Source: Porticoccaceae bacterium (GTDB taxonomy: Bacteria > Pseudomonadota > Gammaproteobacteria > Pseudomonadales > Porticoccaceae). Taken from it: a DNA stretch of 64,000 nt. Numbering within the stretch: the stretch's first letter is position 1; every line of letters begins with the position of its first letter. A model generated the notes under the pieces. It made no database searches, was not told the DNA's origin, and saw only the letters and a list, made by a program, of their open reading frames with translations. The position numbers and the translations under genes are program-made. This document shows, piece after piece, positions 29,895-38,089 of this stretch. The stretch spans positions 3,601 through 67,600 of the forward strand of contig JBNKFQ010000225.1 in NCBI GenBank assembly GCA_050289385.1, given 5' to 3'.

Positions 29895-30832
29895 TCGTCT
29901 TCAGACCCTTCCCAAAAATCGTAAAAGTTGTACCACTGCAGTGGCGCTAAACGACAGTAGTCCGCCAGTTGATCGGCAAATTGTTGCGCGTACCGTTGCA
30001 ATGCCTGTTGGCGTTCATTACGCGGCAATTTCAGTTGCTCACCGAACGGCTCAAGATAAACCCTGTACTGCCGCCCCTCGCGGAGACAAAACAGCGTATA
30101 AACCGGACACTCCAGCAATGCTGCGAGTATAAATGGTCCCTGAGGCAACATCGCCGAATCACCAAGAAAATTGACAGCAACCTTGCGACTACCGGCGCCA
30201 ACAGGGGTGCGATCGGCGGCCACAACCACCAGTTCCCCATCTTGCACTCGTTCTGACAACATCACGGCTGTTGCCGGAGTCAAATCGGATACCTGTATTA
30301 ATTCAAGCTTGCTGCGTCCGTTTACTTGCGCTAAAAGCCGGTTGAACTCTTCAGCATGGCGGGTATATACCAGAATATTCAACCTTACATTACCGCACAT
30401 TGCCGACAATGCTCTGCACATTTCGGTATTTCCCAGATGCGAGGTCAGCAACACAGCACCACGTTTTTGGCGTTTTAAACGTGCAAACAGTTCGCGGTCG
30501 GGAAACTGCACCATGCGTTCATCCACACCGCTTGCCCAGACCGTAAATTTATCCAGCAGGCAGTGGGCAAAACTGAGAAAATGGCGGTAACTCCACCACC
30601 AGCCACTTTTACGCTCCTGATCCGGCGTATCTTTTGACAGACGTTGCAGATAGTCGCGCGAAGCCAGTCGAGCGCGGCTGGCAAACAGGAAATAATAAAA
30701 TACTACCGGACAGACCAGCACCCAATAAACGGGTCGTCCGCCATAGCGATAAACCGCGAGCAGCAAACGAATACCCCAACGACTGGTGACTTCCCGGTGC
30801 GATGACCAATGCTGGCGCTCCGACACAGCCAT
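29891..30832 (-). CDS. LpxL/HtrB-type (lipid A late) acyltransferase family protein
   Basis: Start at MAVSERQHW..., overlapping the GT2 stop (TAATG). N-terminal TM helix and an H-x4-E motif in SHLGNTE. Confidence 0.7.
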   Translation of the reverse strand: MAVSERQHWSSHREVTSRWGIRLLLAVYRYGGRPVYWVLVCPVVFYYFLFASRARLASRDYLQRLSKDTPDQERKSGWWWSYRHFLSFAHCLLDKFTVWASGVDERMVQFPDRELFARLKRQKRGAVLLTSHLGNTEMCRALSAMCGNVRLNILVYTRHAEEFNRLLAQVNGRSKLELIQVSDLTPATAVMLSERVQDGELVVVAADRTPVGAGSRKVAVNFLGDSAMLPQGPFILAALLECPVYTLFCLREGRQYRVYLEPFGEQLKLPRNERQQALQRYAQQFADQLADYCRLAPLQWYNFYDFWEGSEDE

Positions 30833-31611
30833 TATCGGAACTTGCGCCCCAGCAGTATTGGCAAGCGCAGCAACATGCCGCAAAACAGGCGGGCGTGCAT
30901 GCCACTGATCGCCAGATTGTCCTTCCATAAATCAAAATGAGATACACCGTCAGCGGGGTAACGCACAGATGTAGGCAACGACACAATTTCCACACCGTCC
31001 CAGTACAGTCGCACCAATACCTCCGTATCAAAATCCATTCGCGACCCGGGTGTTGTCTTTTCCAGCAACGCCATTGTTCCCGCCAGGGGGTACATCCTGA
31101 ACCCGCACATCGAATCGCCAATCGTTGTAGACAGTGTATTAATCCATACCCACACATGTGTCAGATAACGCCCGTAAAAACGTGCTTTGGGCACGGAGTC
31201 GTCATATTTTGGTTCGCCGTTAATCACAGCTGTCGTTGCTGTCCGGGCACGCTTCAGAAATTCCGGAACGTCCGCTGTATCGTGTTGACCGTCGGCGTCA
31301 ATTTGCAGGGCGTGGGTGTAGCCCTGCCGCCAGGCTTCGCGAAAACCGGACATTACTGCCGCACCTTTACCGCCGTTGTGTTCGCGCTGCAAAACTTGCA
31401 CCCAGGGCTGTTGCGCCAAACGACCGAGTACTTCGGCACAACGTTCGCTGCTGCCATCATCCACAAGAATGCAAGGTATCTGGTATGGCTCCAATTGGGC
31501 GATAACATCGCTGATGGCGTGTTCGTGGTTATAGAACGGAATAATCAGGCAAGGATTGAATGCCCTGCCTTCACTCGGCTTGCTCACGACCTGCTCCTCA
31601 GACCTGGTCAA
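30832..31611 (-). CDS. Family 2 glycosyltransferase (ApeJ-like)
   Basis: IIPFYNHEH ... ILVDDGSSE ... QIDADGQHD are GT-A/GT2 DxD-type motifs. Confidence 0.85.
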   Translation of the reverse strand: MTRSEEQVVSKPSEGRAFNPCLIIPFYNHEHAISDVIAQLEPYQIPCILVDDGSSERCAEVLGRLAQQPWVQVLQREHNGGKGAAVMSGFREAWRQGYTHALQIDADGQHDTADVPEFLKRARTATTAVINGEPKYDDSVPKARFYGRYLTHVWVWINTLSTTIGDSMCGFRMYPLAGTMALLEKTTPGSRMDFDTEVLVRLYWDGVEIVSLPTSVRYPADGVSHFDLWKDNLAISGMHARLFCGMLLRLPILLGRKFR

Positions 31612-33373
31612 ACGTCAGCCTCCCCTGACTGTGCATTCCCTGAACCGACTTGAACTGAAACCGCAATACCTGCCTGGTTTCGTCGTATTGCAGATAAAGG
31701 CTTACCTGCTGTCCGGGCCGCAATACCCGCTGGAACTTTAAACCTTCCATTGATGAAAAAGTGCCCAGCGCAAAATAGCGTCTGCCAAAATGCTCTGCCC
31801 AACTCACTTGCACAACGCCAGGCAAGATTGCCGCAGCAGGAAAATGACCGGGAAAATACGCCAGATCTTTCTCGATATCCAATACCAGTTCGGACTGGTT
31901 GTCGTTCAACTGTTCGGTAACCACTGACGGTAAAATTTTCGGCGGCGGCTCAAACAGCGCGGCTATTGCAGCCTGCTGTATTTTGCCCTGTTCGTTGATC
32001 GGCAGTGCCGACACAAACCGCCATCGACGCGGTAGCACTACCGCTTCAAATGATTTGGTTAATAACGCTTTTAACTGCCTGACGAGAGAGAACTTGCCAA
32101 TTTCGTCGTAACAGGCTTTGCCACTGTCACTCAGTTCTACAGCAACACCCAGGGATTGACGGCCCGACAGCGTTAACGGCAGTGCCCGCGCGTCGGCTAC
32201 CAGAGCACTGCTGCGCATTGCTGACTCAAGCTCCGGAAGTGACACGCGTTTTTCTTCGATTTTAACTATGCGATCAAGCCTGCCCTGCAACTGAAATCGC
32301 TGGTTCGTCACGAATGTGACCACATCAGCGGTATCCAGCAATACTCCCGGCATCAGGTGTGGAGAACGAACCTGCAACTGCCCGAGCGCGCCCTGCGACA
32401 GAAACACTCCCGCAAGCGGCTTCCAGGGCATCGGGTTTGCTCCCCGCTTCTGCCTGCGCCATGCAATGCCACCGCTCTCTGTGCTACCGTATATTTCGAG
32501 CGGCGATTTGCCATACCACTCTTCCACGTTACCAGCACTCTGTTCCGGCAAGGCACCCCCCGAAGAGAAAATGTCTGCCAGGTGATTTCTGGCATCCCGC
32601 CACGGCAACGCCGGATGCAAGCGTTTTAAATGCGCGGGGCTCGCAATCCACACCACCCGACCAAACTGCGCAGCATTTTCCAGCAGACTTTGCGGATCCT
32701 GGTAACTGCGGCTAATAAATGGGCGGCCAGCACATAGCGGCCACAACACCTTAAACAGAAGGCCATAAATATGCTGGTGGTTAACTGTCGCGGCGACCGT
32801 CGTGTTATCTAGCAGATCACCCCAATGACCCTGTAGCGTTGCCATTTCTGCTGTTAATTGATGAAGCTGCTTGATTTCAGCCTTTGGCTGACCGGTAGAG
32901 CCCGAGGTGAAAATCCTGATCTCTTGCTTTTCATCCAAGACGGAAAAATCAGCGCGACCCGCTGTCGTGGAATCAATCAGTTCGCGATATTCGAAACTGC
33001 TCTCCGCATCCTTGAATTCACCTAACAGCGCATCGACTTCGGCGGTTAACCTTTTTGTAGTGCCCTCGTGATTATTGCCCGGTAATACCGGCACCTTGTC
33101 GCTGTGCAACAACGCCAGTAGCGCCACGGCAAATTCGTACGACTCCTCAAGAAAAAGCCCCCAGCGTACTTCGTTTCGCTCCTTCAGTTGCGCGGTCAGG
33201 CGATTAACGTCATGGATAAAATCGGTCCAGTATTTTTTGCTGCCTTGATACCAGGCAACTACCGAATGTTCGGGCCGACCAAGAGTCAACAGTTGCGTAA
33301 CGGGTGCATACAGATTATCTGGCACTTTGCGCCTTCCCCTGCAAACGTCGTCGCAACAGAAACTCTGCGGCAA
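31598..33373 (-). CDS. AMP-dependent ligase/acyl-ACP synthetase fused to a C-terminal hotdog dehydratase-like domain (ApeH+ApeI-like)
   Basis: Adenylation motifs IFTSGSTGQPK and YGSTESGG. The last ~120 aa (YFPGHFPAAAILPGVVQVSW...) look like a FabA/FabZ-type hotdog. The TTG start is uncertain because the ORF overlaps the upstream gene by 59 nt. Confidence 0.8.
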   Translation of the reverse strand: MPQSFCCDDVCRGRRKVPDNLYAPVTQLLTLGRPEHSVVAWYQGSKKYWTDFIHDVNRLTAQLKERNEVRWGLFLEESYEFAVALLALLHSDKVPVLPGNNHEGTTKRLTAEVDALLGEFKDAESSFEYRELIDSTTAGRADFSVLDEKQEIRIFTSGSTGQPKAEIKQLHQLTAEMATLQGHWGDLLDNTTVAATVNHQHIYGLLFKVLWPLCAGRPFISRSYQDPQSLLENAAQFGRVVWIASPAHLKRLHPALPWRDARNHLADIFSSGGALPEQSAGNVEEWYGKSPLEIYGSTESGGIAWRRQKRGANPMPWKPLAGVFLSQGALGQLQVRSPHLMPGVLLDTADVVTFVTNQRFQLQGRLDRIVKIEEKRVSLPELESAMRSSALVADARALPLTLSGRQSLGVAVELSDSGKACYDEIGKFSLVRQLKALLTKSFEAVVLPRRWRFVSALPINEQGKIQQAAIAALFEPPPKILPSVVTEQLNDNQSELVLDIEKDLAYFPGHFPAAAILPGVVQVSWAEHFGRRYFALGTFSSMEGLKFQRVLRPGQQVSLYLQYDETRQVLRFQFKSVQGMHSQGRLTFDQV

Positions 33374-33881
33374 ATAACGAACCCATCAGCAAGTACGAAA
33401 TTAACCCGTTGTACAAAGCCCAGGTTTCAAAGTCGGTCCACAATACCGTCGTTGTAGCAATTGCGGCATTAACCGCAAAAAATACGCACCAAACCACCGT
33501 GACCTTGCGGGTGTAATGAACTGCGGCCACCGGCAAATCAGGTTCGGTCAGCCGGGCGATGCGCTCAATTATCGGCGGCGGCATCCACAAGGTATATACA
33601 AACACCCCCAGCATCAGCACGCTGACCAAAACCGGGTACCACAACAACATTTCCCGGCGATCAAATATCATCAGCGTTAATGCGAACAGGCACAAAACTG
33701 GCAACAGGCCGCGCAATGGGTTATTGCGGGAGTTAGCCAAACCAAACATCAGCCGCGTCAACAATAACAAAAGCAACAGGCCACCCATCACACGAGTAGA
33801 AAAATGATCAACCCCCACGTACACCAACACAGGATATAGCGCCGTGGCAATAACCAGTATCACAGTGGCGAATCGGCGCAT
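33315..33881 (-). CDS. Small integral membrane protein (ApeG-like)
   Basis: 188 aa with ~5 TM helices, positioned after the two ACP genes as in APE clusters. Confidence 0.6.
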   Translation of the reverse strand: MRRFATVILVIATALYPVLVYVGVDHFSTRVMGGLLLLLLLTRLMFGLANSRNNPLRGLLPVLCLFALTLMIFDRREMLLWYPVLVSVLMLGVFVYTLWMPPPIIERIARLTEPDLPVAAVHYTRKVTVVWCVFFAVNAAIATTTVLWTDFETWALYNGLISYLLMGSLFAAEFLLRRRLQGKAQSAR

Positions 33882-34141
33882 TAATGTTCCAGCAGGCGCT
33901 CTACCGCCTCAACCACATCGCCAACCGTGCGAACACTTTTAAAGTCTTCCGGCTTAACGCGCTTGCCAGTAATTTCCCTGACTCGAACTACCAGATCAAT
34001 CGCGTCGATACTGTCAATATCCAGGTCTTGGTAAAGACGGGATTCCATAGTGATCACTGATTTATCCGCTTCGAACATCTCTGCAAGAATTTCTTTCAGG
34101 GTATAAAATATTTCTTGGCGGCTTGTCATGTCATTTATCAT
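33881..34141 (-). CDS. Acyl carrier protein
   Basis: 86 aa with the phosphopantetheine site LDIDSIDAIDL. Confidence 0.9.
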   Translation of the reverse strand: MINDMTSRQEIFYTLKEILAEMFEADKSVITMESRLYQDLDIDSIDAIDLVVRVREITGKRVKPEDFKSVRTVGDVVEAVERLLEH

Positions 34142-34155
34142 TTTTATAATCTCTT

Positions 34156-34413
34156 TTATGCTCGCGACTGCTGCACCAGCAGCGCCAGATTACGCACTGA
34201 AGCAAAGTATTGCCTGGTCTGTTCAGATTCCGAGTTTACCTTGATTCCATAATTCTTTTGCAGCGCCAGGCCAAGCTCAAGCGCGTCGATAGAATCGAGA
34301 CCAAGACCGTCGCCAAACAAGGGAGCTTCCGTATCAATATCATCTGGCGTTATATCTTCAAGATTGAGCGTATCGACAATCATCTGTTTCAGTTCGTTTT
34401 CCAACTGCGTCAT
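34156..34413 (-). CDS. Acyl carrier protein
   Basis: Start at MTQLENELKQ (GGGAG SD 9 nt upstream). Serine site GLGLDSIDALEL. Overlaps the upstream acyltransferase 3' end by 56 nt in another frame. Confidence 0.85.
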   Translation of the reverse strand: MTQLENELKQMIVDTLNLEDITPDDIDTEAPLFGDGLGLDSIDALELGLALQKNYGIKVNSESEQTRQYFASVRNLALLVQQSRA

Positions 34414-35170
34414 ATTTTTCCAGCTCCCGAGTAAAATAGTTTTGTAATAGTTCCGTGACTCGCCGCACGGCCACACTGGTATTGGTTTCTTTTTTATACT
34501 CGGAGAGGTCGAGAGTATCGCCAACATACAGAGTGAAACACATTTTGCGCTTCGGTATTTGATACCACTTCATCTCTTTCGTCATCGCTGGCAGCTCGCC
34601 ATGAATCACAACCGGCGTCACCATTGCATTTGATCGCAATGCCACCTGGGCCGCCCCGCGCTGAAAATGCAAAGGTTCCCCGGGAGTTGTACGAGTGCCC
34701 TCGGGGAAAATCAGCATGCTGTCCCCGGCCTGCAGACTCTGCACACACTGCTCAACCATTACTGCAGAATCACCATTGCTCACATAGCCTGCATTTACCA
34801 CCGGCCCTCGAGTAAAAGGGTTCTGCCACAAACTGTGCTTTACAATACAATTACCGTTTTTAATCTGACTGAACAGGAATACAACGTCCAGCAGACAAGG
34901 GTGGTTTGCCAGCACCAGCTGGCCCGGCTGATTCAGTTTTTTGGCGCCATGGATATTCAGTTTGAGAACACCAAGCAAACGCAACAGCCACACCTCGGCC
35001 CCCATACTGAAACACAATACCCGCCGCGAGCGTTTATGCAACAGATGGTCTGGAGACAACAGTTTCAATACAGGAAAAATCACCAGGCGCAGCAACAAAC
35101 CACCCAGGCCAAAAAAGAAAAATCCCAGCGCAGTGCCGATCAATCGCCAAATATGGTCAAGCCTGCGCAC
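34358..35170 (-). CDS. Lysophospholipid (PlsC-type) acyltransferase (ApeD-like)
   Basis: NHPCLLD (H-x4-D) and FPEGTRT motifs, with N-terminal TM helices. Confidence 0.85.
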   Translation of the reverse strand: MRRLDHIWRLIGTALGFFFFGLGGLLLRLVIFPVLKLLSPDHLLHKRSRRVLCFSMGAEVWLLRLLGVLKLNIHGAKKLNQPGQLVLANHPCLLDVVFLFSQIKNGNCIVKHSLWQNPFTRGPVVNAGYVSNGDSAVMVEQCVQSLQAGDSMLIFPEGTRTTPGEPLHFQRGAAQVALRSNAMVTPVVIHGELPAMTKEMKWYQIPKRKMCFTLYVGDTLDLSEYKKETNTSVAVRRVTELLQNYFTRELEKYDAVGKRTETDDCRYAQS

Positions 35171-35921
35171 AACATCGCTCCCAACGCCACAACGACCCCA
35201 TGCCTTGCAAGCAGATATTATCGTCTCTGCCCTGCAATACCCGAATCAAACCTTTTAACTGAGCTTCCTGCTCATCGGCCCCTCCTGGAGCGGAGGCTAT
35301 ACGCTGCAAAGAAAAATAACTGTCCGAAGCGGCCCGGGTTATCAACAGCGCACAGGCCGTCAATCCAGATGGGCCAGGTTTGGTTGCGCGATACACCAAC
35401 GGCAATTGTTGGTCGTAAAAAACCACCAGTGCCTGGTTGTGGCGTTCGGTTTGAAGTAAGCCCTGTGCTTCCATTAATGCGGGAAGCACACTGCCACCGA
35501 CTGGAGAAAGGCATGTGGTTTCCACGGTAATTTGGCGAGCTATCGTAAACTGGCCGGAAATAGCGTTGTGGACGGATAAACTGAATGCTGCCGGTGAAAC
35601 CGGTTGTTCTGAGGCTATTGCCCGGGTTAATTCAAAGGTCCGGTCACTTTCACCGTAAACAGAACTGAATATAGTCGGTGTTTGTCTGGCATCCCCCAAG
35701 CACTGCCAAGCCACATGTAATGCGGTCCTGGCAAGGGGACTCAAACGCCGCCGCAACATTGCCGGCATGTAGGATACATCCGGAATCGCCGGGCCAAGGT
35801 TACCTGTACGATTATGCCTGGACCGATCAACCAGAGCATCTGGATATTCAAGCCCCGACACCCAAGCATTCCAATTCGATATATTAAACCCCAACCGCAT
35901 GTGTTGCTTCCACTGCACCAT
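35157..35921 (-). CDS. KS-like chain-length-factor-type protein without an obvious active-site Cys (ApeC-like)
   Basis: 254 aa with a truncated thiolase-like sequence and no TACSxG motif. First gene of the operon. An alternative start is at 35900 (MRLGFNI). Confidence 0.65.
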   Translation of the reverse strand: MVQWKQHMRLGFNISNWNAWVSGLEYPDALVDRSRHNRTGNLGPAIPDVSYMPAMLRRRLSPLARTALHVAWQCLGDARQTPTIFSSVYGESDRTFELTRAIASEQPVSPAAFSLSVHNAISGQFTIARQITVETTCLSPVGGSVLPALMEAQGLLQTERHNQALVVFYDQQLPLVYRATKPGPSGLTACALLITRAASDSYFSLQRIASAPGGADEQEAQLKGLIRVLQGRDDNICLQGMGSLWRWERCCAQA

Positions 35922-36090
35922 AAAGCCATATCTTGAAAGGCGGCATTATACGGGTTTCAGCTCATACAAACAGCCTCATCTGCATGCATCTGTCGCCCTG
36001 CCCCTATCCTCTTACAGACAATCGGTTTACCATTGCCCAAACGGGCGTCCAGAACGCCAAGGGAATAGACATTCAATCATTGAGGAAGCC

Positions 36091-36540
36091 ATGAAGAATC
36101 TTCTGATCGCTGTAACCATCTCTATTTTTAGCCTGTGCAGCATCCAGACGCTGGCACGCGACACCAAGCACATGTATCCACTGTCAGATGCCCTCAATAC
36201 CGAGGACGCTCATGAAAAGCTCAATGAGGGGATTAAATTCTTTTTTGGCGACCAAAAACCCGATTCAATTGCTCGCAGTCTGGGCTCCTTTACTTCTAAC
36301 AGAAAAACAAACGCATTTAACAAATCTGATAAAGAAGCATGTGAGTGGGCATTTCTTTCAGCCATGCTGGCATTGCAATCTCGCGCCAAACAACAAGGAG
36401 GTAATGCGATAATTATTCACAGCTATTATCGAAGAAACACCGTCAAAAGCGACACTGAGTATGAATGCGGAGCGGGTACGTTTGTGGCAGGTGTGACATT
36501 GGTTGGTAAAGTAGTCAAGCTGAACGACCAAGCCTCATAA
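36091..36540 (+). CDS. Small secreted protein of unknown function, divergent from the APE operon
   Basis: SD GAGGAAG then ATG. Signal peptide MKNLLIAVTISIFSLCSIQTLA. 149 aa. From memory, homologues sit next to APE-type clusters and are often mis-annotated. Confidence 0.55.
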   Translation: MKNLLIAVTISIFSLCSIQTLARDTKHMYPLSDALNTEDAHEKLNEGIKFFFGDQKPDSIARSLGSFTSNRKTNAFNKSDKEACEWAFLSAMLALQSRAKQQGGNAIIIHSYYRRNTVKSDTEYECGAGTFVAGVTLVGKVVKLNDQAS

Positions 36541-36546
36541 TCACCC

Positions 36547-37281
36547 GTGCCTTATAGAGTTCCCGGGCTTTCAATCTGGTTGGCAAACTGCAACCAAAAG
36601 AGTTTTACCGGACCGAAAGCCCTTGGCCTACTCAGCACCGCTGAAGCCGAACGGTACCAGCAACTGCAACTACCTCAAAGGCGCAGACAGCTGTTGACAA
36701 CCCGCAGCCTCGCACGCGCAGCGCTGAGCTTTACGCAAGGACAATCTCTTCAGTCCTGGCAACTATCAGCTCTGGGGCGACCGCAGATTCAATCCCGCAC
36801 GCTCGCTCCCGACCTGAGCCTCGCACATAGTCGTCATACGGCTGTATGCGCCATAGCTACATCTGGCAGTATTGGCGTAGATATCGAACCTTTGTCACAA
36901 TCGAGAAATTGGCTGGCATTGGCAAAAACCGCCTTCTCTGCCTCCGAGGCATCACAGATCGAGAATTGGCCAGCCTCGTCAGGAAAGCAATTTTTGTCGC
37001 GCTGGACACTCAAGGAGGCTTACAGCAAAACTACCGGTATAAGCCTACTCGAAGCCCTCAGGCAACTGCGCATAATTTGGCACAAAGACGGACGAGCCAC
37101 TATTTCCGGTTACTCCCCGGACAGTTCATGGACTTTCAGCTTATTTAAGCTTGAAGAGCAGATCCTCGCATTATGCTGGCAAAATGGCCTTTCTGATTTA
37201 CCTGACTTTTATCACTTGCCAACACTAGACAGCAAACCGGTAAAACTAAAACCGGAGCAGATTCTGTTGATTCGCCAATAA
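36547..37281 (+). CDS. Sfp/EntD-type 4'-phosphopantetheinyl transferase
   Basis: PPTase motifs GVDIEP and WTLKEAYSK. GTG start per the ORF track. Confidence 0.8.
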   Translation: MPYRVPGLSIWLANCNQKSFTGPKALGLLSTAEAERYQQLQLPQRRRQLLTTRSLARAALSFTQGQSLQSWQLSALGRPQIQSRTLAPDLSLAHSRHTAVCAIATSGSIGVDIEPLSQSRNWLALAKTAFSASEASQIENWPASSGKQFLSRWTLKEAYSKTTGISLLEALRQLRIIWHKDGRATISGYSPDSSWTFSLFKLEEQILALCWQNGLSDLPDFYHLPTLDSKPVKLKPEQILLIRQ

Positions 37282-37291
37282 CTATTGCGAA

Positions 37292-37963
37292 CTATCGGCT
37301 CTGTTTCAACAACCACTCATAAAGCTGCGGATTATTATAAGTTTCAGTCCACGAATCATGTCCTGTATTCGCGTACACGGTAAACCTCACGTTACCACCC
37401 GCTGCCCGCAGCGCATTCACCATTTCCTCTCCCGCACTCAGCGGGACACGTTGGTCTTTTTCCCCGTGAAATGCCCACACTGGTACAGACTTTATAACCT
37501 CTATACCGTTTGGATTGCCTCCACCACAGACCGGAGCAATCGCTGCAAAGCGATCCGGGTAGGCTTTGGCCATTGACCATACACCATAGCCCCCCAAACT
37601 CATTCCGGTGAGATAAATCCGGTTTTCGTCAACCTGGTATCTGGCCGTCGTTTCAGACAACACGTTATTCAAAAAGCCCGTGTCCCACCACCCGCTTTCG
37701 CTTTGTGGAGCAACAACAATAAACGGTAGCGATCTGCCGCTTTCAATCAATTTGGGTGGTCCATGTCGCGCAACCAGTTGCAAATTACGGCCGCGCTCTC
37801 CATACCCATGTAAAAACAGTAGTAACGGCCAACTCTTTCGGGGTGAATAGCCATCAGGCAAATAAACCTTATAACGATCTGCGACAGGCGAAATGGTACA
37901 GCTGCCAAGAAATAACACCGATACCAGAGCAAGTACGAATAACAGTGGACTGCCAGACTTCAT
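37292..37963 (-). CDS. Secreted alpha/beta hydrolase (carboxylesterase/phospholipase-like) lipoprotein
   Basis: Start at MKSGSPLLFVLALVSVLFLGSC (lipobox). Nucleophile elbow GMSLGG, with later D (EKDQRV) and H (GHDSW). Confidence 0.8.
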   Translation of the reverse strand: MKSGSPLLFVLALVSVLFLGSCTISPVADRYKVYLPDGYSPRKSWPLLLFLHGYGERGRNLQLVARHGPPKLIESGRSLPFIVVAPQSESGWWDTGFLNNVLSETTARYQVDENRIYLTGMSLGGYGVWSMAKAYPDRFAAIAPVCGGGNPNGIEVIKSVPVWAFHGEKDQRVPLSAGEEMVNALRAAGGNVRFTVYANTGHDSWTETYNNPQLYEWLLKQSR

Positions 37964-38020
37964 CTTTTTTCCCTTAGCCAGCACAGAAACCATCACAATT
38001 GTCACTTAATTAACAACTTT

Positions 38021-38049
38021 TTGTAATATGCTTGTCATATCGCTGTCAT
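38021..38049 (+). promoter_or_regulatory. Pho box array upstream of phoB
   Basis: TTGTAAT atgc TTGTCAT atcg CTGTCAT: three 7-nt direct repeats at 11-nt spacing matching the PhoB consensus CTGTCAT-N4-CTGTCAT, ~40 nt upstream of the phoB ATG. Confidence 0.7.
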
Positions 38050-38089
38050 GTAATGGCCGACTGAAGATAGACCACGAGGCAGAAAGGCT

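Noticed and set aside
34667-35530. Long antisense ORFs inside the polyene operon (34667-35530, 30937-31653, 29067-29767, 23232-23684 and others)
   Set aside because: Each overlaps a motif-bearing gene on the opposite strand. They have low-complexity Arg/His/Gln-rich sequences, as expected for long spurious antisense frames.
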